A DNA stretch of 62,151 nt, counting the filler, from Platydemus manokwari (lineage: Eukaryota), in the NCBI GenBank assembly GCA_037951405.1. It is 5 parts of 5 records of this genome, joined end to end, with 100 filler letters (N's around TTAATTAATTAA, not from the genome) between each part and the next. Parts side by side here need not be neighbours in the genome. Positions count along the whole stretch, not along the records: positions 39,154 to 50,813 come from JBBMOY010541107.1; positions 50,914 to 62,151 come from JBBMOY010824425.1; 3 more parts are not named here. One strand, written 5' to 3'. The notes under the pieces are model-generated. The model was not told the origin of the DNA and made no database searches. It was given only the letters and a program-made list of their open reading frames with translations. Below are positions 39,324-51,132 of this stretch, piece by piece; position 1 is the first letter of the stretch, and each line of letters opens with the position of its first letter. A program made the translations under genes and the position numbers.

Positions 39324-42300
39324 ATGAAAAATGTTATGAAAATGTGTGGTAAAAATCTGCCAGGTGGAATTTTAATTTATCCCGATCCTTGGGATTTCGC
39401 TGTGAATCCCAATAATAAGTCGTCGACACCTGATAACACTCCTGTTTTTCCCAAAAGTTGGTGGTTGCCTGGAGATGCTGCAGTTTTCGGTAACATGAAA
39501 ATGAGTTCTGATTTGCAGAATCCCGAATTACCAAGTTTAGGTGATCAGTGAATGTGGTTGTATTGAAATAAAACATAACGATTCTTCTAGAAGGTGTATT
39601 GGAAACCGTGGATTTTTCCAAAATGCAGACTCCAATACCCGTTCAACCGATATCATACAATGATGCCAGTAAACTGTTCCAACATCTCACATTATTTGAT
39701 GTTCCAAATAGTTGGGGCAACTGTTTACCTAAATATATACAGTCGTCCAGTCACGCGTGAGTATTCAATGAACTATATCGATTTGTTTGAATGAATGATT
39801 AATGATTTTCTCATTTCATTTCATACATTCCATAATTTTTATCACAAAAATCGATAATATTTAAATGATAATGGACCGTATTGATCGATAAGTGATATGG
39901 TGATATGGAATCAAAATGCAGGTGTGCAACAGATAAACATGAACAATATTAAAGTAATAAATGTGTAGAGAAGTAGAAATGGAAATCTGATAGCATTTCA
40001 AACAGGGGTAATCAATGATTGAGAGAAAATCAATCATTTCACAAGAAATGGAGATGTGAGGATTGATAATGAATTGAAATTTGAAATATTTTGAAATCAG
40101 ATTTTATCAAAACATGTATTTGTTCGTTTTCAATGGGTACTTTATAAAATGGTAACTGCTTACACTCACGAAATCGATTATTGTGATTATCATTGATGGG
40201 TATCCGTGACAGCACTGTGATGAAACAAGGGGAAATAATTCCAAAATATATAATATTGTTCTTTGCTGCCCGATATGTGAGTAAATTATAATAAAATAAT
40301 TGCTTATCGATTTTCACCATTATCATTATCGATATTAAAAAACAATTTACGGGAATTATTAAAGGAATAAACGTTATAATTTGGTGGTGATGAACACGAT
40401 CCCTTATCTATATCTAGACAATATAAGTTAGATTTATTTTTAGTGATGATGGAACCCACCAGTAAATCATATAAGTAAATTATGTACATTTTTAATTATA
40501 TATGGGTTATCGTCTTCATAAAAGGCGCGGAACAAAATTTGTACGCCTGACGATCATCATGTTGATTCAGTGTTGCTATGTAAATTGGTGTAATCTCATT
40601 ATTATTGGTTAAAAAGAATATAAAATTATAAAGCTAGTAACCAATCACTGCTTAGGTAAACTGTTGACGTTTGATTGTAATTGATTAGTTTCCTTGATTT
40701 GATGTAATTTAATTTTGTATTTAAGAGAGAACCATTTGTGATCTGTGAGTTAAAATTAAGAGATTTTGCATAAAATTGTAATTGATGAATAGGCGTTCAT
40801 ATGAAAAGCACAACTCACACTTCTGTTTCTTTAGTATCTCATCTGTTGTTAATAGCAACGGTAAAATAAGCATACATTCATAGCCTGTATTGCTATCAAT
40901 ATTAACTATAAAATGCAAAATTAATCAAGATTATTTAATCATTTAAGGCAAATTGAAATGATTATTAAAAATAAAGTTGAAACTGCTACCATGGCAAATG
41001 TTATTGGATGGATTCCTGGATCTGTTGACAAAGATAGATATGTTATTCTGGGAAATCATAGAGATGCTTGGGTTATGGGAGCTAGTGATCCTGTGTCAGG
41101 AACAGTTATATTGCAACAAGTAGCCATGATTCTCGGTGAAGCCTATAAGCAAGGTCCCACATTTTTCAGATATTTTATAACCAATAATTTAGGTTTATTT
41201 AAACCTTATAGGTCTGTCATGTTTGCCAATTGGGATGGAGAGGAGGAAGGGCTGATTGGCAGTACAGAATTTAGCAATCAGTTCGCAGCCGACCTTAAGG
41301 AACGTTGTGTTTCTTACGTAAATATGGACTGTCCCATTAAAGGAACTTGGTCATTCAATGGTCGTGCGACTCCTCTCATGATTGGAGCGATGTTGGAATC
41401 GGCTAAAAATGTTTGGATCGATTCGAAAACGTTATTCGATGATTGGGTGGCCAAAATGCCGCTCCTGCCAAATAAAACAGAACCAAAGTAATCAATCAAT
41501 AAATATTTCTTATTTATCCAATCAATCTCATTAATTCCTTGTTTTAATCGCCCAACGAACTCTTTGTTATCTCGACTCACGTAAATCGTCCGCCTTTTAC
41601 AAATAATGCTCGCTAAAAGAATCTGGGATGTTCTGCACATTTGCTATTGGAAATCAATGAGGGTCAATTTGTAAATGATTCGGCTAATGTTTAATAATAT
41701 TATCGATTTATAAAATTGGATTGATATTGAAAATTGTGTTCCACTTTATAACATTGAGAAATGCTCTCGCATTGCGATTGGATAATAAGGTCAGATCAAT
41801 ATCACTGTGTGTCACGCCTTGTTTGGTTTGGAAATATCACAGACAAATTCCAGGCAGTTTTTCATCATTTCTTGTCGAAATAGAACATTTCTGTCACCGA
41901 TATGTATTCACGAATTCAATAATAGCGCCCTTAGATACGGCTTATATGTTTATCCCATTTCTATAATTTATTCTCATCTCAATTCAGGGTCGCCTTCCTT
42001 GGAGGTGGTAGCGATCACATAAACTTTGCCTACGTGCTCGGAATTCCGTCTGCTTATCCGGAATATAAATTTGTAAGATTTATTGTCCTATCAAACATCA
42101 GTATTTGATTAACCAATGAGAATTCGCATTTCAATTTATATGATAAAATCAATAATTTGCTGATATAATTGATTAGTTTTTATTTGTCGTTTAACAAATA
42201 TCAATGTTATTCAATATGATCGATAATGAAACAATTTGTCCAATGATAAATATTATTTATCGATTTATATTGTTCAGAATGAATCGATTGCTAATATGCC

Positions 42301-45300
42301 AGCTTATCATACGGTTTATGACAATATTGATATGATGCTTCATTGGGTTGATCCTGATATGAAACATCATAAGCTCGTTTCACAATTTGTAATTGATTAC
42401 ATCATCCGCTTCTCTTATTCTCCATTAATTCCCTATAGCATTGATCGATTGGTGGATTTGCTTATTCGATCATATCCCGACTTGAAGAAAACCATGGAAA
42501 CAATACCACATCTGAGAAATATCAATTATTCAAGTAATTCACTTATTAAGTACGGCGGTTTACACAATCGATATGATTTAATCGATTATCGGTATTCAAT
42601 CAATTGTGACAAATTAAATAAATTTATAATAAATAATCAATAAAAATGAAATACTGTAAAATCCCGAGTATAAGCTGCAGCTAATACGTACATAACGGCA
42701 ACATTTTTGAATTGCAGCTAATATGATGTGCAACTTATACAACTAAAAACCAATTCAAATCGAAAATAAGATTATTTATTTCAATTTTCAACATCACACT
42801 CCTCAAAACCATCAAAAAAAATGTCATCTCAAGCTTATACTCGGGATTTTACAGTACTTATTTTGAGAATTGATTTTTGTATGGAATTGGCGAGATACCG
42901 AAAAGAATTTTTGGAATTTTTCAGCTTCAGTGAAACACCAGAACTTGATAAAAAAATGGGATAAATTTCTTATTTTGTTCTCAATCAATTTATTTCTTTC
43001 TGCCAACCATTTTATTTAAATAAACAACCAAGTTAATGCGTGATTTTAACAGATAAGCATTTGGAAAATCGATTAGTTTTTATCTTTGTTGAATTATTGA
43101 TTAAATCGTTAATCACATTTTCACAGCGTGGCTATAAATCCGTTGGGCTTGTGGTGTTTTAATGATTTGAGTGAAACTCAACCGCATGAATTCTTGATAA
43201 AAATAATGATTACACGAGTTTTATTTCCATTTACATTTACAACTCTACAATTATTTATATATTAAATCAGATGTGTGACTCAATCATGAAATAATCTTAT
43301 CAACAACAACTCTTGTCAACTTGCAGAAACCGTGATTATTAATATTCACCTTAATGATTTTAGATTAAATAGATTTTTGCTCATATGTTCATTTGTGACC
43401 CAAATATGTGATCATTTTGGCACTTTATTAAAAAATAAGTAAAAAATGTTTATTGCTGCTTCACAATCAAAAGGGTTCATATGATAATTGTCAATCGATA
43501 TTTCTTAATTAAACTTCAGATTATATTTTCGCCAATCGATATTAGAGCGAATATATTTGCCCTTATCTATTGTGTCACATTGGGACGCTTTGTACATAAC
43601 TGATTATTTATTTTTATATTTTATTATTAAAAATAAATGATTATGTGCCACTACATTATTGACTTTTTATTGTTAATTTCATTTTATTAAATAAACCTTA
43701 TTTATGATGCATTCTAATTTATATGTATTCACAAAAATGTATCAAAAATCGAGATTAAATGCCGAATAATGGTCAAATTATCAAATAGCTGAATTATATT
43801 CAAAATAGGATTGGATTTTATTGGAATTTCTCTACGCAACTTGATTCTTTCCAATTTCGAAATAAAATGTTCCATCTTTTCGATATCTTTCTTATTCGTT
43901 TCCAGTTGCTTTGTGATTGTCTACTGGTGTCATGACCTTTTCTTTAGTTATCATTTTCAATTTACATATTGTTTTCTCTCGATGTTTCATACCTTGATGT
44001 TTCTTCTTCGGCATTTTTCTTCCATTGATCATATGGCTTCATTTTTATGGCATTTTTTCTTCATTAGGCTCACGGTCTGAATACAGAACCAATCTGCCCA
44101 TCTCCATTAACTCTTTATTATTATTATTTTTACTATTCTTTGTTTTTGGCTACGCCAACAAATCAATATATTCTGATGTGAAAACTATAACCGTGAACAG
44201 ATTTCAATTACTTAAAGATCTGTCGCACGTGTATTTGTAATTACGTCTATCAGAAATGTGACTATCAGACCTATTTTAACTTGTTACCTGTACGCTACAA
44301 GATAACACATATAAAAGCTTTTATTCGATTGGTAAAACAAAGAATAATAACAGAACAAATAAAAATTTATATATTTATTTATGAATAATTTGTCTATTTT
44401 AAAATTTTCACATTATTTGTTTTAAAACTTATATATTTTTCATTGTTTTTATTGCCTTTGAATTTATTGAGGTTCTTTTCGGATGAAAAAGAGTAAAGAG
44501 TAATATGAATGATAATCAGATTAATGAAAAAGAAATTGCATCTCGTAGAGTTGCAAAGTATCTAAATAATATGTTCTTCACTTTATAATTTCAACATTAT
44601 TCTTTTGAAGACATTGACTTGAGCCCCTTATAATAATCAATTATAATTGGATCAATGTCCCACACTATTCTGACTACTGATGTAGAGACTGGTTATACTG
44701 CAATATACTGGTACTTCACCTAGATGTAATAATTTTGATAAATATCGATATTAAGTAACACCCTTCACGGCTCGAAAGATCACGCAAAATATTACGCAAT
44801 AGCTTCCTCTTGTTCAGTGTTACCAAAATGTGAATTTATATATTTTTCATTCGTATCGTGCATATATTTATATATTATACCTTTTAAAATTAAAAAATTG
44901 TCTCTGGCATTACTCACCTAAATTTTGGAATTTACTCGGATCCGATTTCTTTGCATTTCTCGGCCTTTAACCTGCTTCTATTTATGGCAATTCATTGATA
45001 GAATTTGTTGGAATTTTAAACTGGTGAGGTTAACGTATGTTTCATTTATATGCGGTTATTTAAAAATATTGTTATACCTCTTTATAATATTATTTCTTTG
45101 TTTTTAGTTATTGTGGATAATTATCTCATTAATCATTCGCAAGGGTTTTTATTTTTGTGTTTTTGTTATATATAATGTCTTTATTGTTTTGGAATTTTTT
45201 ATTGCTGATTTTCATAATTATCTGCATGTGATTTTTAAAAAAATTACAATAAAATAGATCTCCATTTTATAAACGCACTATTTCAAAATCGCATGAAAAA

Positions 45301-45822
45301 TAACTTGGTACATTACTCAAAGAAAGGAAATGCATATACTTGTATATCTCATGATATTCTTCATAATGTTTAAGGAAGAATGATATTTGTAATCAATTCT
45401 AGGAATCATATATGATCAATTATTGATGTTACAAACCAGTGTCAAATCATTCCACAAGTATCTAGCTGATGAAAAAGATATTTTGAAAAAGTATATTTAT
45501 AATTTTAATGGAGAATATTTATTTCTGCAGTATTTATAAAATCAGAAAAATCAATGATATCTTGATTCAAGTGCCTAGGATGTTCTTAGTCAGGGATGGT
45601 TTGCCTAATCGTCCTTTTCTGAGGAATATTCTTCTTGCAACTAAATTAACCAATAGTTATCAAGGGTCGGTTTATACCGGGGTTTATGATGCTGTGGACT
45701 TGTTCCACCGAGGCAGTGTTGATTTGACTGTAGTTTTGCGACACGTTTCGCTATTGTCAAATTGTTTAAGGAGAACAATCGATCTATTCAATGGTGGATT
45801 AATATCTATTTTTAAAAATTGA
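39324..45822 (+). CDS. FOLH1: Glutamate carboxypeptidase II / NAALADase-like M28B metallopeptidase, 5'-partial; exons 39324-39540, 39591-39756, 40948-41153, 41193-41487, 41988-42072, 42278-42533, 45403-45490, 45531-45822
   Basis: PA domain (GILIYPDPWDF, WWLPG, IPVQPISYNDA), peptidase core (NVIGWIPGSVDKDRYVILGNHRDAW, ASDPVSGT, FANWDGEEEGLIGSTE, YVNMD, LGGGSDH, PAYHTVYD) and TfR-like dimerisation domain (INDILIQVPRMFLVRDGLPNRPFLRNIL). Zn ligands and the catalytic Glu are conserved. The paralog (FOLH1/NAALAD2/NAALADL1) is not resolved. Confidence 0.92.
42654..42854. mobile_element. 201-bp MITE, Tc1/mariner superfamily (pogo/Tc2-like), inside a peptidase intron
   Basis: Perfect 23-bp TIRs CTGTAAAATCCCGAGTATAAGCT (42654-76 and 42832-54), flanked by TA on both sides. 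Confidence 0.9.
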
Positions 45823-46129
45823 TCGAATTAGATTCCGAATGATTTATATTTTCATATTGAACTTTATATTTACTATGGTAATTTTATTAAATCAATATTG
45901 ATGATTAATGCGTTGATTGGTTTAAAGTTCTCCATACAAAACAAATGATAATCTGATTTTAGGTCTTTATTAGTGATGTGGTTATGTTGGCTATATTCTT
46001 CTTGCATGCGACAAATCAAAAAGATTAATATGGTACGCACACATCAGAAACTTTATATTTGCGCTACGATTTGGTGACGTCACCTCCAATAAATGATTAC
46101 TCAATTATTACATTAAGAATTTAATTAAA

Positions 46130-47010
46130 AAATGAGTCTGAGATCGTGCATAAAAAAAACTTTCGTAAGAGATTTTGAACATTCTGCCGAATTCCAATAC
46201 AAAATACTTGTATTGATCGTGCTGTGGAATTTTAGAGCATGATTTTAAATGTTTTCTGATTCTATTATGAATTATTTCTAAATCAAAAGTCTTCTGTTTT
46301 CTTAGATGAATCAAATCTGAGGTGTTACGGTTTTCTATAATTTTGTGTTGTGGGGAAATTATTTTGTATTGAGGTTCATACTTATTTATTATACATGCAT
46401 TATAAACACAACGGTCATCATGACGAGGTGGCATTCGCAACAATAATAATATTTTATAATTATCATTTTGTATGATTATGATTTTTAATAATTAAATCTT
46501 CCTATGGTTATTGTTTTATGAGTATTATGAATTGCAAATCGGAAAATTTAAAAAGTGGCCACAATTTCGAAGTAAAAGATCAAAATGATAAACAATATTT
46601 AAAGTGAATAAGATAATAATAATATTAATGATAATAAAAATATTAATAATAATAGAATTCTACAATCGAAGTATTTAAACAAACATTTACAGAAAATTGA
46701 ATAATAATAATACAGCAATAAGTGGTGTGAGAAAAATAAAAAGATTTAAAAAGCGAATAAAAATAGAATCGAGACATGAAAATGATTTTGACAGTGAGTA
46801 CATTTCATATTATTTTTAATAGCGCCATCGTCATCTCAAATACTATTTAGTAATTAATTAGCAGTCGCCTCCATTTAGTTTTTCGATATCCCTCATGCAG
46901 ATATTTTACAGCAATTTACTTGTGAAGTACTTTGCCCATTGTGGCAACTTCTGTGTTCTTTTGAATCTAATTTAATTTTCGCTTTACTAAATGAGTTTTA
47001 CCAACATTAA
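46130..47010 (-). mobile_element. Decayed Ty3/Gypsy reverse transcriptase N-terminal half
   Basis: Minus-strand VGKTHLVKRKL / QKLPQWAK / KYLHEG, then DRCVYNA...DLIHLRKQKTFDL...KIPQHDQYKYFVLEFG. This follows the RT order G.T.LVKH.I / R.CVDY / DL...L...K.F..LDL / YEF.VMPFG. Confidence 0.45.
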
Positions 47011-47186
47011 CTGAGTTATTATGATATTCATTGAATCCCCACGCACACTGAATAATAATATTTATATTAACATATTGCTGTGTTGGTTTTTGGGGCCTAT
47101 GACAATTTTTTAAAAATAACTACATGCATTAATGTATAATGTTTTTATTGCATGAAAAACGTTTTTATGAAAATCCTGGGAGATTT

Positions 47187-48052
47187 TGTGACCGACGGGA
47201 ATATAATATATAGTAATATATAATAATATATAATATTTAATTTAAATCCTAATTGATAATCCCTATAATTAATAAGAAACCTTGGCATTGGTATATTAAA
47301 ATTACCTTATAACAAAGTCACTGATTAAAAAAACACATTTATCTATGAAAAAATCAAGCGCAATAAGTTATCGCGCACTGCGAATAAAATATCCAGCTGA
47401 AATAAAATAATATTCGTGCATTACATAAAATTATATTCCTGCATTAAATAAAATAATAGCCATGCATTGAATAAGATAAATTACCGTGCATTAAATTCCA
47501 GAGAATTTCTATCTGCCACTATAAATCATAGTGCATTAACCATGTATGCACTGCATTAAATTAAATTCACAGAGAATATCTGTGAATAACTCATCATTTC
47601 CTATATAAGGCAGTAATCGTAATCATTAAATTACAAGAACACTATACAAGAAACACCAGAACACAATAGGTAGATTTTTACAAGGACCCAAACGTAACAT
47701 TGAAGATTCATTGACTGGACAGGGGTTGGCATATAACGCATATTTTGAAGAAACGAAGACTGATTCAATAACACGAAGGGTAACTGTTGGTCCTCAATCT
47801 ACTTCTCTGAATTGTATTTAAATCCCGTTGTTTAATTGTATAAAAGTAGTTGTAAAAAATCATTGTAAATCGTAGTAATTTTTATTCATTGTTAATAATT
47901 GCACATGATTGTCATATGAGTAATAATTTATAGCCCTAATTGTATAAAAGTAGTAATTCATAATTTGGTGTATAATTGTAATTAATAATAAATCATTGTA
48001 ATACAAACATTGATTTGGGTTTTTTATTTGCCAGTTGAGCTAGGACATCACA
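47187..48052 (+). mobile_element. Solo LTR (866 bp)
   Basis: Termini TGTGA...TCACA form a perfect 5-bp inverted repeat, with ATTT on both flanks (4-bp TSD). Contains CTATATAAGG near 47601, AATAAA near 47987, and repeated U3-like TGCATTAAAT motifs. Confidence 0.75.
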
Positions 48053-49783
48053 ATTTTATTATACATAAATTTCATTGTCATTCATTACTGTTTAAAGTTA
48101 TTCTGGCGCATTATTAAGTGAAACTGATTGTAAGAATCGATAACATTAAAATCAATATTACAAATATAACAATAATAGAGGCAATTACAAAAAATCGATT
48201 TCTACATCGATCCGCTTATCATCATAAAAGTCGCGATTGTCTAGGCGAAATAACATCAAAACATATTATTACCTGAGGGTCAAGACGGACTCAGTGTACT
48301 GATAAGATTTAGATATCGATCAAATAAAAAGAATAACAATACAGAATAAAAAGAGTGACCCAAAAACGTAACAGCTGTGTATGATTGGTATCAGTCAAAC
48401 GTACTGCAGAGGGACTAATAACCCTCGTTGCAACAGTAAATAATTTATATATCTTCAACCTTTAGATATTTTATGTAATTTTCCGGTAACTTCCATCAGA
48501 TACGGGTTACTAAAACCCTTTAGAACCAGTAAAAGCTAATTAAAAAACAAATCACTGAACTCATTAATATTATAATTACAGACAAACTTTTATTTTAAAT
48601 TGTTAATTAATGATTTCAAATGTTTCAGTTTTCACATTTTCATTTTATTGTGAGTATTTTGATTAATTCTAAATCGAAAATCATAAGAACATAATTCATA
48701 AGTAAAAATTCAAATAAATTTAATAAAATTGTAGATTCATAATACTCAAAAATTACAAAATCGAAGTTACTCAAATTAAAAAAATCCAAAGAAAAAAATC
48801 AAGTCACGATCAGCATCCGAAAAATGAAAATAACGACAGGTGTTCCAGACCAAAAAAGACTTTGCAATATTTTGAAAACAATCTGAAGATTATTTTGTGT
48901 ATAAATTTCATTCTATTTCAATCAAAATCAAATAAGAATCTGATATTTCGAAAGCCTATAATTGCTTACTTTCTCTGGTGTTCATAGCGCTTGTGTGTGA
49001 CAACCATTTGAAGGATGTTCCTTTTTATCATATGTTTTCAAAATATTTTCATAATTATTAAGATATTTTATTTTATTGGAAACATTAACTCTGATGTTGA
49101 GTTTAAAAAACAATTTTGTTATTTTTAATGTTTTTATAATATATTTGATGAAGTAATACATAGATACATGGTGTGTGGATTTAATAATGTAATTCGATTC
49201 TAAGAGTGTAAATGTGTATCAGTGTTCTGTTTATATTTTATCTACAATTATTTTTAACAGGCATTCCAATATGTTTTTTTATCCAAATCCACTTTACAAT
49301 AAATAATTTAACAACTTTAATTTCATTTTTTAATTTGCAAATAATGATTTTTCTGTGAGATTTTAAAGTCCTGATTTATTTAATTTTGGAATTCTATCAA
49401 AATTCTTTTTAGATATTTAAATCAAAAATTCAAAATATTTTTAAAGAATACAATATTTAGACTATAGTGTCTTTGAAATGCAGTCATGGAATTTAAAATA
49501 TTATAGTAGGATCCCCTTTCTTAACTTTATCTAATTTTCTTAAATATGAATATTATGAAATCGTGAATTTTATTTTATATTAATTTAATTATCTTTTAAA
49601 TTTCATATATTTCTGAAAAATACTAAATAATAAAATTCACAAAAATTCATTTAAAAATTAAAGCATTTATTGTATATGATTATAACAATATTTTTTAAAA
49701 AAATCTGTATTAATTATTTGCATTTGGAAATTGTTTAAAATCATTTTAATTTTTCTTACCAACAAATCGGCGGTAATTTGAAA

Positions 49784-50291
49784 ATGACTGTAATAAAAAG
49801 CTATTTTTCATTATTTCAAAATAATGTTATTAAAGAATTCAGTACCATAGCACCATCTCCACAACGAGATTTTCATCAATTTCTAATTACAACTAGTAAG
49901 GTAAAATAATTCTATCATTTTCAATTGGAAATGATGAATATTTCGACTGATAGTTCATATGGAGATGGTGGAAAATAACTGCTAGAAATGATGGTGCAAA
50001 ATTCCATCCTAGTGAAATCATTAATTCGCATGAAGACTTTCTTCATGATGAAAGATTACATGGTAATATGGTTATGATTATGACGTTATAATCAGTGGTT
50101 CATTAATATACAATATAGGAGAAATTCGTCGAATTTTCGACAGAGAAACCCTTCAATATGCATTAAAAATAGCTGAGGGTTGTTATGATATTTTACCTCG
50201 TTTGCCAAGAAATATTCTATCGCACATGTTCTATTATTTGAATTTGGAAGATATTATCAATTTGAGCTACACTTCGAAATCAATGTATCGA
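49784..50291 (+). CDS. FBXO36: F-box only protein 36, 3'-partial; exons 49784-49900, 49954-50062, 50119-50291
   Basis: Spliced APSPQRDFHQFLITTSKFIWRWWKITAR...HPSEIINSHEDFLHDERLHGEIRRIF...GCYDILPRLPRNILSHMFYYLNLEDIINLSYTSK matches the FBXO36 pattern (PPPSKDYYQLLVT..VIFRWWKIS..THEDFL + F-box). The last exon was not found before the linker. Confidence 0.9.
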
Positions 50292-50813
50292 GTGAGATAT
50301 TTTTATATTTTATTTTTAATTAGCGATTTTCATTTCATTTACCTTTTCTCATACCAAATAATATTCATAAAAAAATATTTACATTTTATATTTATACACT
50401 ACTGAGCTAAATACCCTCCCTTCATCATAAAATCGTTATTGTGATGATTTTCGTTTGATTTTTTTTTCATTTAAAACTACTATTTATTGTGCGCTAAAAA
50501 TGATACAGTTTAAAGTATTACATAACCAGTTATTATTATTATTCATTGTGTGATGTAACCATTGAGTTATTCCTAGAATGACATATTTTTGCTTTGTTCT
50601 GCCATTTATATGGGGATACTAGCGGGTAATGTGCTATTGATTTGGTTTGTGAGCATATTTCAATATAATTGTATCATATTACATCACATGATGACGTCAT
50701 GCACGTATTGTGTCATTGATCGAATAAATATTTGTTATTAACAATGCCAATTATTCATTATAAATGCCAATGATTATTTATTTATATATAAAACATCATT
50801 TTATCAAATATTT

Positions 50814-50913
50814 NNNNNNNNNNNNNNNNNNNNNNNNNNNNNNNNNNNNNNNNNNNNTTAATTAATTAANNNNNNNNNNNNNNNNNNNNNNNNNNNNNNN
50901 NNNNNNNNNNNNN
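50814..50913. other. Synthetic assembly linker (44 N + TTAATTAATTAA + 44 N)
   Basis: Identical to the other linkers. It truncates FBXO36 on the left and the golgin 3' end on the right. Confidence 0.97.
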
Positions 50914-51132
50914 ATTGTGGAACCCGATTAATATATGGTTTGGTATATCTATATTAACATTTAGATTTTTCTATTTGAAAATTGTAATGAGTGTCACAAA
51001 ATATTATCATTATTATTGTTATAAACATTGACATTATTCGCCATTAATTGATACAGAATGAACAAGGGAAAATATAGATTTATATATTACAAATAAATGA
51101 TCATTAAAACAATATTCAAACCATAGCCATAC

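Noticed and set aside
38990-39324. Apparent head-to-head LNPK / peptidase pair with a tiny bidirectional promoter
   Set aside because: A linker separates them, and 39324 is an internal exon (cag|ATG) of a gene missing its 5' exons.
43811-45107. Hydrophobic ORFs in the long peptidase intron, and most other 60-110 aa ORFs in the track
   Set aside because: Their Ile/Phe/Leu/Asn/Lys composition is what random AT-rich DNA gives. No recognisable domain; some may be eroded transposon sequence.
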